A stretch of 32,633 nt of DNA from a virus (Duplodnaviria > Caudoviricetes): the IMG/VR virus record IMGVR_UViG_3300048575_000218, positions 1-32,633 of that record. One strand, written 5' to 3'. Position numbers and translations under genes: made by a program. Below, piece by piece: positions 25,650 to 32,633 of the stretch. Within the stretch, counting starts at the first letter, position 1, and each line of letters opens with the position of its first letter. A model generated the notes under the pieces. That model did not search any database. It saw nothing but the letters and a program-made list of their open reading frames with translations, and was not told the origin of the DNA.

Positions 25650-27867
25650 CGGCAGCGGCAAGAAGGTCACGGTCGGATTCGAGTACTACTTCGACATCCA
25701 CATGGGGCTCGGTCTGCCGATCGACGAGCTGGTGGCTATCAAGGCTGGTGGCAAGGAAGCCTGGCGCGGATCAATCACCGACAACGGTGAGATCCAGATC
25801 GACAAGGAGGAGCTGTTCGGCGGGGAGAGTGGCGAGGGCGGCATCAAGGGCAGTCTGTATGTGCTCTTCGGCGAGGAGACCCAGCCTGTCTACTCACGAC
25901 TGGCTGACTTGCTGGGCGGCCTGGTGCCAGCCTTCCGAGGTATTACCACGGCCTTCTTCTCTGGAATGGTCAGCGCCATCAACCCGTACCCCAAGCCGTG
26001 GGAGTTTCTGCGCCGTGGCGGGAACCGCCTCTGGGATGGACAGGGCGCCTGGTATGCCGCCAAGCAGTTCATCTGGCTGGCGTCGGGTGAGATCAAGGCC
26101 ATGAACCCGGCCCACATCCTTTATCTGATGTACACCGGAACTCGTTTCCGGGGCCTGAGCCGCGCCCGTATGGACGATGCCGCCTGGCGCGCTGCTGCCG
26201 ATCGCCTTTACACCGAGAATCTGGGTTTGTGCCTGGAGTGGCGCCGCAGCGACAGCTTCAAGAACTTCCGTGACTCGGTTCTGGCCCACATCAGCGCCGA
26301 GATCTACATGGACCGACGTACTGGCCTGATCAGCATCCGCCTGCTGCGCGACGACTATGACGTCAACAGCCTTCCGCTTTTCGACGAGGACAGCGGCCTG
26401 CTGGAGATCGTCGAGGACGAGGTACCGAGCCAGACCTCGATACCCAGCCAGCTGATCGTCAACTACGTCGACGCTATTACCGGTGCTAGCCGATCAGTCC
26501 GTGCGGTGAACGCCGCTGTTGCCGCTCGCGATCTGGGTCGCTCCTCTGAGTCGATCGACTATCCAGGGGCGCCAACCGGTCAGATCGCAGCGCGCCTGGC
26601 TCAGCGAGACCTTCGTATCCGTACTTCCGGGCTGAAGCGCTTCAAGGTGGTGCTCGATCGGCGCGGGCGTAACCTTTCTCCTGGAGAGCCGTTCCGCCTG
26701 CGCTCTCTGAAGCGCGGCATTGACCAGGTGGTGGTGCGTGCAACCCGGATCGAGGACGGCACCCTAGTGGACGGCAAGATCTCCATTACCGCCCTGCAGG
26801 ACGTGTTTGGTCTGCCGGCGACCAGCTTTGTCGCAGTGCCGCCGGAAGGGTGGCAGCCGCCTGACCGGGCACCGTATGCGATCACCACTCGGCAGATCTT
26901 CGAGGTGCCTTACCGCGAGATCGCCGCAAGGTTGGACCCTGCGAACCTCAACCTGGTCGACCCGACCGAGGCTTATGTGGCCGCCGTTGCGCTGGCACCG
27001 ACCTCGATGTCGCTGAGCTACACATTGACCAACCGTGTTGGCGGCACTGGCAGTTTCATCACGCGCGAGACAGGCGACTGGTGCCCCTCGGGCCTTCTGG
27101 TTGGCGCGCTTAACAAAGTGGCCACCAGCATCTCCCTGACCGCGACATCCCGCCTGGAGGATGTAGAGGTGGGTATGGTGGGACTGCTCGACCAGGAGAT
27201 TGTCCGAGTCGATGCCATCAACTACTCGACCGGGTTGCTGACCATAGGTCGCGGCTGTCTGGACACTGTGCCGGATGAGCATGCGCCAGGCGCCAGGCTC
27301 TGGTTCTACGACGGATACGCTGGTGAGGACGAGACGGCCTATTCGTCCGGCACCAGCCTGCAGGTCAAGCTGCTGACCCGGACCAGCCAGGGCCAGCTCG
27401 CCTCCAGCCTGGCCTCGACTGACACCATCAACCTGCAGGGCAGGCAGGGGCGCCCGTATCCACCTGGCCAGTTCAAGGTCGGTGGAGCGCTCTATCCAGC
27501 ACAAGTGTTCGGCTCGATTGCATTGACCTGGGCGCACCGCGACCGCCTGCTGCAGGCTGACCAGGTCATCGACACCACCATGAACAACATCGGGCCAGAG
27601 GCAGGGACCACCTACACCTGCCGCCTTCTGCGCGCGGACAACAACGCGCAGCTGGCGATCTCATCTGGAATAGCGGGTACGTCCGCAACACTTTCCACCA
27701 GCTACACCGGCATGGTCATCGCTGAGCTTTGGTCTTCGCGCGGCGGGCTGGACAGCCTGCAGCGGCACCGCCACACATTTGAACACCTTGGAGGGGAGCC
27801 CCTAACCACCGAGTCCGGTGAGGATCTTCTGACCGAGGACGCTGAAACCCTTACAACGGAGAACTGA
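25642..27867 (+). CDS. Tail tip / central fibre protein (gpJ-like)
   Basis: AAGGAG RBS before MSSGSGKK; LFGGESGEGG, NPYPKPW, MNPAHI and RGCLDTVP motifs. Confidence 0.88.
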   Translation: MSSGSGKKVTVGFEYYFDIHMGLGLPIDELVAIKAGGKEAWRGSITDNGEIQIDKEELFGGESGEGGIKGSLYVLFGEETQPVYSRLADLLGGLVPAFRGITTAFFSGMVSAINPYPKPWEFLRRGGNRLWDGQGAWYAAKQFIWLASGEIKAMNPAHILYLMYTGTRFRGLSRARMDDAAWRAAADRLYTENLGLCLEWRRSDSFKNFRDSVLAHISAEIYMDRRTGLISIRLLRDDYDVNSLPLFDEDSGLLEIVEDEVPSQTSIPSQLIVNYVDAITGASRSVRAVNAAVAARDLGRSSESIDYPGAPTGQIAARLAQRDLRIRTSGLKRFKVVLDRRGRNLSPGEPFRLRSLKRGIDQVVVRATRIEDGTLVDGKISITALQDVFGLPATSFVAVPPEGWQPPDRAPYAITTRQIFEVPYREIAARLDPANLNLVDPTEAYVAAVALAPTSMSLSYTLTNRVGGTGSFITRETGDWCPSGLLVGALNKVATSISLTATSRLEDVEVGMVGLLDQEIVRVDAINYSTGLLTIGRGCLDTVPDEHAPGARLWFYDGYAGEDETAYSSGTSLQVKLLTRTSQGQLASSLASTDTINLQGRQGRPYPPGQFKVGGALYPAQVFGSIALTWAHRDRLLQADQVIDTTMNNIGPEAGTTYTCRLLRADNNAQLAISSGIAGTSATLSTSYTGMVIAELWSSRGGLDSLQRHRHTFEHLGGEPLTTESGEDLLTEDAETLTTEN

Positions 27868-27868
27868 T

Positions 27869-28423
27869 ATGGCCAAGAAGATTTCCGAGCTGGCGGCCGC
27901 GACCACCCCCCTTACTGCAGCCGACTTGTTGGCAGTGGTTCAAGGAGGGGTGACGAAGAGAGTTGCTGCTGGCTTGATTGCCGGCTTGTTTCCGGTGATG
28001 GCTAAGGCGACCCACTCGGCAAACCTCACCATCTCTGACTCCGTGTTTACGGACCTGCCTTGCGACACCACCCTCTATGAAGTGGGGGGTGAGATCCATA
28101 ACCCGGCCTCCAACAATGCTCGGCTTACTGCCCCCGTGGCGGGCTGGTACGTCTGTGGCGCCTCTGTGCTCTACAGCTTCAATGCTACTGGCCGGCGGCT
28201 GCTGCGCTTGATGAAGAACGGAACCGTGATCCTGGCCAGGGACGACAAGCAGGCTGTTACCACCAGTGGAGGAGGAACGGGTCTGGGAATTTCGAGTGTC
28301 GTGCGTCTAGAGGCCGGCGATTACATCACTGCTCAGACCTACCAGGACCGTGGCGGCGACCTAATCCTCACTGCCGCAGCCGAGTACTCACCTCAAATCT
28401 GGATGGCGAGGGTCGCAGCATGA
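27869..28423 (+). CDS. Short fibre/receptor-binding protein with C1q-like head
   Basis: N-terminal KKISEL; C1q-like LTAPVAGWY...LMKNG...SSVVRLEAGDYI. Confidence 0.7.
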   Translation: MAKKISELAAATTPLTAADLLAVVQGGVTKRVAAGLIAGLFPVMAKATHSANLTISDSVFTDLPCDTTLYEVGGEIHNPASNNARLTAPVAGWYVCGASVLYSFNATGRRLLRLMKNGTVILARDDKQAVTTSGGGTGLGISSVVRLEAGDYITAQTYQDRGGDLILTAAAEYSPQIWMARVAA

Positions 28424-28866
28424 CCAGCATGGTATTGATCACTTCGGGCAGTCATGCGGCGGGTATCGCTCGACAGGCCGGCCAGCCCGACCCGGAACGC
28501 TATTGGCTCAGTGGTAACCAGCTCTATGTAGAAGGTGTCGAGCAGGCTGCGCTCGATGCCGCGCTTGCCACCTACGACCATGCACCGGTTGCTGAGCTTA
28601 ATGATCGAGAGGAGTTCAAGCGGCTACGCGCCCAGGCTGTGGCAGCGATCAAGGTTACGACCTCAGCGGGCCATGTGTTTGACGGCGATGAGGTTAGTCA
28701 GGGGCGGATGGCCAGGGCCCTTATTGGGCTGCAGATGGCATCACCTGGTTCGACCGTGCGCTGGGTGCTGGCAGATAACACTGTGCTGCAGGTTGGGCTG
28801 GAGGAGCTGGCAGAGGCGCTTACCCTTGCTGGCCTGGCTCAGGCCAACGTTTGGGTCGCAGAGTAG
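28420..28866 (+). CDS. DUF4376-like tail fibre-associated protein
   Basis: R.QAVAAIKVT...G.VFDGDEVSQGRMARA...WVLADN...LAEAL.LAG.AQ..VW. Confidence 0.8.
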   Translation: MTSMVLITSGSHAAGIARQAGQPDPERYWLSGNQLYVEGVEQAALDAALATYDHAPVAELNDREEFKRLRAQAVAAIKVTTSAGHVFDGDEVSQGRMARALIGLQMASPGSTVRWVLADNTVLQVGLEELAEALTLAGLAQANVWVAE

Positions 28867-28875
28867 GTGGGTTAG

Positions 28876-28902
28876 CCCAGGTGAAATTCCTTTTCACCTG
28901 GG
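28876..28902. terminator. Hairpin after the last phage gene (possible terminator)
   Basis: Perfect 11-bp stem CCCAGGTGAAA/TTTCACCTGGG with 5-nt loop; weak U-tract. Confidence 0.5.
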
Positions 28903-28922
28903 GCAACGCTCTTCACTTGGTG

Positions 28923-28963
28923 TTTATCGCGCAACAGCGCTTCATTTTTCGCGCCGCGCTACA
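28923..28963 (+). repeat. Prophage right end (attR): transposase-binding-like repeats and terminal CA
   Basis: TTTATCGCGC (28923) and TTTTTCGCGC (28945) are 22 bp apart; ends GCGCTACA at 28963. Confidence 0.7.
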
Positions 28964-28986
28964 CCATTGGCCGTGCAGGCTGCGGT

Positions 28987-31536
28987 TTATTGTCGCAGTC
29001 GGTCGAGCAGGCGCGCCAGCGGACCTGGCTGGCGGCGCTGCGCCAGCAGTTCCTCGGCGCGTTCGCGGGCGCCGGCGACACCGGCGTCCAGTGCCTTGCG
29101 CAGCCACTCCAGCGCCTGTTCCTGGTCGGCCTCGTTGCCGAGCAGCAACTCGGCCAGGTCCAGATAGGCATCCTCGTACTGCTCGGCACAGGCCTGCTGC
29201 AGGTGCGCGCGGGCCTTGCCCGGATCGGCCTTGCCGCCCAGGCCATGGAGGTACTGGCGACCCAGGCGCCAGTGCGCGTAGCCGTCACCACTGCGCAGGC
29301 TGTGCTGGTAGTAGCGCCGGGCCTGGGCATAGTCCTCGCGCTGTTCGTGCAGCCAGCCCAGGTAGTTGGCGCTGGCATCCTTGTCGCCGTAGCGCCAGGC
29401 GGCCTCGAAGTGCTGCAGAGCCTGGTCGTAGTCGGCTTCCTCCTCGAACAGCAGCTGGGCCAGCTCCAGGTGGGCCGGGCGGTGGCCGCGCTCGGTGGCC
29501 AGCTGCAGGTAGTGGCGCGCCAGCGCCCGGTCCTGGGCGCAGCCGCGACCCTGGCGGTAGCAGTCGCCCAGGTTGCGCGCGGCCAGCGCCGAGCCGGCGT
29601 CGCTGGCGCGCTGGAAATAGGCGAGGGCGCCGGCATGGTCCTGGTCGGCATTGTCCAGCAGGCAGCCGAGGTCGTTGAGGGCATCACTGTTGCCCAGCTC
29701 TACGGCGCGCAGCAGCAGCGGCCGGGCCTTCTCGTAGTCCTGCGCCTCGAGGGCGGCCAGGCCGCGGCGGTGTGCATCCAGGGCCAGCCAGAGATCGCCG
29801 GCGCTGCGCTGCAGGCAGGCCTGCTGCACCTCGCTGAGGCCGAACTGGGCGTAGCGGTCGACGATCTGCAGGGCGCGCTCGGCGGCCAGCGGCTGGCTGC
29901 TGCCGTCTTCCTCCAGGCGCCAGGCCAGGTCGTCGTGGAACACCAGTGCACGCTCCTCGCTCTGCACGAAGCGGCGTTCGGCGGGTGCCTGGTCGAGTGG
30001 TTCGCGCAGCCACTGGCCGTCGCTGTCGAGGATGCCCCAGCGGCCTTCCAGGCAGGCGCTGAAATACTGGTCGTAGAGGCTTTCCAGGCGCTCGAAGCGC
30101 GGCTCCGCGCTCCAGCCGGGCTGCGCGCCGCCGCGATACAGGCCCCAGCGCTTGCCCTCCTGGACCCGGCAGTAGTGGCTGCCGTCAGGGCTCCGGCAGC
30201 CGAGCTGCAGTTCGATTCGGGTGTAGGCGCAGGGCAGCAGCCAGCGCTGCTGCTGATGGCGATAGAGGCCGTACAGGCGGTTGTCGCGCACCTGCCAGGC
30301 CTGCAGGTCGTGCAGGTAGTCGAGCGCCTGGTACTCGCCGGGCAGCAGCGCCTGGCCCTGATCGTCGAGAGCACGCCAGCGCCACTGCTGGCCGTCGCGG
30401 CGACGAATCAGGTAGATCTCGCGGCCATCCAGGTCGAAGCTCTGCAGGTTGTCGGCGCCAATGGCGCCGAGGTCGTGAAAGCGGGTGGTGAACAGGTGCT
30501 GCGGACCCTTCGCCGGTCGGGCGGCGTAGTAGCCCTCGTACGCCTGGATCTGCTGGTACTGCGCGGGCAGCAGCCAGTTGCCCTGCGGACCGATCGCCCC
30601 CCACAGCTCGCCCTGCTGCACGCTCCAGCAGTTGCCGCGGTGGTCCAGCGGCTCGCCCGCAGCGAACTGGCAAGGCACCGTCAGCCGGCCCTGCAGGTCG
30701 ATCAGGCCGAGCTTGCCGCCCTCGGCGACCAGCGCGTGCTCACCGGCGAAATCGTAGGCTTCCTCGAACTGGCAGGCGATCACTTCGCGGCCCTGGCGGT
30801 CGACATAGCCGAAGCGCCCGTCCAGCTGCACGCAGGCGCGCTCGCTGCTCTCGTCGAATTCGTAGAAGGCCTGGTAGCGGGGCTCGATCAGTACCTGGCC
30901 ATCCGCCGCGCGCAGACCGTACAGCCCGTTCTCGCAGAATATCTGCGGCGCATCTTCGTCCTGCACCGGCAGCATCGAGCCGAGCGGTTCCCAGCCGTAA
31001 TCGTAGGCAGCCTGGTTGAGCAGGGCGCGGAAGCTGCCGGCCCAGGGCGCATCGACGCCGGGGCAGTTGTCCAGCAGCAGCGGATTGTCGTTGTCGATGG
31101 CCTCGCGGATGCAGGCGTTGCTGTGCGCGATCTCCTCCAGCAGGGCGTCGGCCTGGGCGCGGCGGTCGTCGTCGCTCATGTTGAACAGGTCCCAGGCGTC
31201 CAGGTGGAACCAGGCATGCCGGGCACGGCCGTCGAGCAACTGGAAGATCCTCTCGCGGGCGTTGCGGAAGGCTTCGACATCGTCCAGCAGGCTGCCGGCG
31301 TGGCGCTCGATGAAGGCAAAGAAGGCGCGCAGCGCCTCGATGCCGGCGGGTGCCTCGGCGTACAGGCCTTCTTCGCTATGCGGGTCGTTGTAGCAGTTGT
31401 GCCCGACGCAGGCGCCCTGGGCGAACAGCGGGTGCAGCAACAGGGGCAGCTCGTAGCCCCACTCCATCAGCGGCAGGCAGTCATCCTCGCTGCTGCCGAT
31501 TTCGGCCTTGTTGTACAGGTACAGGCGATGGGACAT
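28987..31536 (-). CDS. Host protein with WG (KWG-type) repeats and C-terminal Sel1-like repeats
   Basis: Repeats like GRFGYVDRQGREVIACQF and GKLGLIDLQG; Sel1 motifs AARNLGDCYRQGRG and AHWRLGRQYLHGLG. Confidence 0.88.
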   Translation of the reverse strand: MSHRLYLYNKAEIGSSEDDCLPLMEWGYELPLLLHPLFAQGACVGHNCYNDPHSEEGLYAEAPAGIEALRAFFAFIERHAGSLLDDVEAFRNARERIFQLLDGRARHAWFHLDAWDLFNMSDDDRRAQADALLEEIAHSNACIREAIDNDNPLLLDNCPGVDAPWAGSFRALLNQAAYDYGWEPLGSMLPVQDEDAPQIFCENGLYGLRAADGQVLIEPRYQAFYEFDESSERACVQLDGRFGYVDRQGREVIACQFEEAYDFAGEHALVAEGGKLGLIDLQGRLTVPCQFAAGEPLDHRGNCWSVQQGELWGAIGPQGNWLLPAQYQQIQAYEGYYAARPAKGPQHLFTTRFHDLGAIGADNLQSFDLDGREIYLIRRRDGQQWRWRALDDQGQALLPGEYQALDYLHDLQAWQVRDNRLYGLYRHQQQRWLLPCAYTRIELQLGCRSPDGSHYCRVQEGKRWGLYRGGAQPGWSAEPRFERLESLYDQYFSACLEGRWGILDSDGQWLREPLDQAPAERRFVQSEERALVFHDDLAWRLEEDGSSQPLAAERALQIVDRYAQFGLSEVQQACLQRSAGDLWLALDAHRRGLAALEAQDYEKARPLLLRAVELGNSDALNDLGCLLDNADQDHAGALAYFQRASDAGSALAARNLGDCYRQGRGCAQDRALARHYLQLATERGHRPAHLELAQLLFEEEADYDQALQHFEAAWRYGDKDASANYLGWLHEQREDYAQARRYYQHSLRSGDGYAHWRLGRQYLHGLGGKADPGKARAHLQQACAEQYEDAYLDLAELLLGNEADQEQALEWLRKALDAGVAGARERAEELLAQRRQPGPLARLLDRLRQ

Positions 31537-31607
31537 GGCGCGCTTCCTTGCGAGACGACGGAAGCGCGCAGTCTAGCCGGGAAGCCGCTGTGCGGCTGTG
31601 CGCTCGG

Positions 31608-32633
31608 TCAGCGCTTGAGCATGGCGCGCATGCTGGCCAGGGCGTCGTTGCCGCGCGCCGTCTTGACCTCCACCGGGGTGTCTTCCTGGCCCTCCCAGAC
31701 CAGGTCCTCCTGCGGCAGCTCGTCGAGGAAGCGGCTCGGCGAGCAGTCGATGATCTCGCCGTACTGCTTGCGCTTGGCGGCGAAGGTCAGTGCCAGGTTG
31801 CGCTTGGCGCGGGTGATGCCGACATAGGCCAGACGCCGCTCTTCCTCGATGGTGTCGGCCTCGATGCTGGAGCGGTGCGGGAGAATTTCCTCCTCGAAGC
31901 CGATGATGTACACCGAGGGGAACTCCAGGCCCTTGGAGGCGTGCATGGTCATCATCTGCACGCCCTCGGCGCCTTCTTCCTCTTCCTGCTGGCGCTCCAG
32001 CATGTCGCGCAGGACCAGCTTGCCGATGGCGTCCTCGATGGTCATGTCGCCGTCCTCGTCCTTGTCGAGGGTGTTCTTCAGTGCTTCGACGAGGAACCAG
32101 ACGTTGCCCATGCGCGCCTCGGCGACCTTGTCGCTGGAGGCGTTCTGGCGCAGCCAGTTCTCGTAGTCGATATCCATGATCATGCTGCGAATGGCGCCGA
32201 TCGGGTCGTTACCGGCACAGAGTTCGCGGATCTTGTCCATATAGCGCTTGAACCGCGACAGGCGCTCGGTATAGCGGTTGTCCAGGTGCTCGGCCAGGCC
32301 CAGCTCGTCGCTGGCGGCGTACATCGAGATGCCGCGCTCGCTGGCGTAGTTGCCGAGCTTCTCCAGAGTGGTGGAGCCGATCTCCCGGCGCGGCACGTTG
32401 ATCACCCGCAGGTAGGCGTTGTCGTCGTCCGGGTTGACCAGCAGGCGGAAGTAGCTCATCAGGTCCTTCACCTCCTGGCGGGCGAAGAAGCTGGTGCCGC
32501 CGGACAGGCGATAGGGAATCTGGTGGTGCTGCAGCTTCAGCTCCATCAGCTTGGCCTGGTAGTTGCCGCGGTAGAGGATGGCGAAGTCGCTGTACGGGCG
32601 CTCGGTGCGCAGGTGCTCGGTGAGGATTTCCAG
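31608..32633 (-). CDS. rep: ATP-dependent DNA helicase Rep, 3' part (5' truncated by window)
   Basis: FAILYRGNYQ, SGGTSFF, MTMHASKGLEF, EEERRLAYVGITRA and SPSRFLDELP; frame open to the window end. Confidence 0.93.
   Translation of the reverse strand: MEILTEHLRTERPYSDFAILYRGNYQAKLMELKLQHHQIPYRLSGGTSFFARQEVKDLMSYFRLLVNPDDDNAYLRVINVPRREIGSTTLEKLGNYASERGISMYAASDELGLAEHLDNRYTERLSRFKRYMDKIRELCAGNDPIGAIRSMIMDIDYENWLRQNASSDKVAEARMGNVWFLVEALKNTLDKDEDGDMTIEDAIGKLVLRDMLERQQEEEEGAEGVQMMTMHASKGLEFPSVYIIGFEEEILPHRSSIEADTIEEERRLAYVGITRAKRNLALTFAAKRKQYGEIIDCSPSRFLDELPQEDLVWEGQEDTPVEVKTARGNDALASMRAMLKR

Larger units (their letters stand above)
1..28963 (+). mobile_element. Mu-like (transposable) prophage, siphovirus-type tail; left end outside window
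   Basis: Mu gene order (lysis, gp25/26, terminases, portal, MuF, G, I/Z, T, gp35-37) followed by a non-contractile tail module; terminal CA preceded by two repeats 22 bp apart; host genes follow immediately. Confidence 0.95.

Noticed and set aside
27869-28963. Diversity-generating retroelement or invertible tail-fibre segment
   Set aside because: No reverse transcriptase, template/variable repeat pair, invertase or inverted second fibre set seen
28990-31827. 945-aa plus-strand ORF
   Set aside because: Codon-aligned antisense of the WG/Sel1 and rep genes
1-32633. CRISPR array, rRNA, tRNA or IS element
   Set aside because: No regularly spaced repeats, RNA gene signatures or transposase ORF noticed by eye

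Overview
Positions 1 to about 28963 are the right-hand part of a transposable (Mu-like) prophage with a long non-contractile tail, resembling the D3112/B3-type Pseudomonas phages. It carries an accessory block (SieB-like and hypothetical ORFs) and a divergently transcribed cassette of a small protein plus an SGNH hydrolase. These are followed by lysis genes (holin, SLT endolysin, Rz with embedded Rz1), Mu gp25-gp37-like packaging and head genes, and a tail module (tube, frameshifted chaperone, tape measure, tip proteins, C1q-like fibre, DUF4376). The prophage ends in ...GCGCTACA at 28963. Beyond it are two host genes on the minus strand: a WG-repeat/Sel1-repeat protein and the 3' part of rep helicase. 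Three signals stand out. (1) A compact RNA structure with two exactly complementary 6-nt loops (CTGCCA/TGGCAG) starts at the stop codon of a MuF gene with a nuclease-like C-terminal extension and no immunity ORF. (2) A 16-bp dyad + 22-bp spacer + GAnnnT promoter geometry recurs four times; one dyad serves both lysis and the reverse-strand esterase cassette, and another points to a leaderless protease mRNA. (3) A candidate strong gyrase site lies between G and I. All family assignments come from motif recognition and gene order, not database searches.
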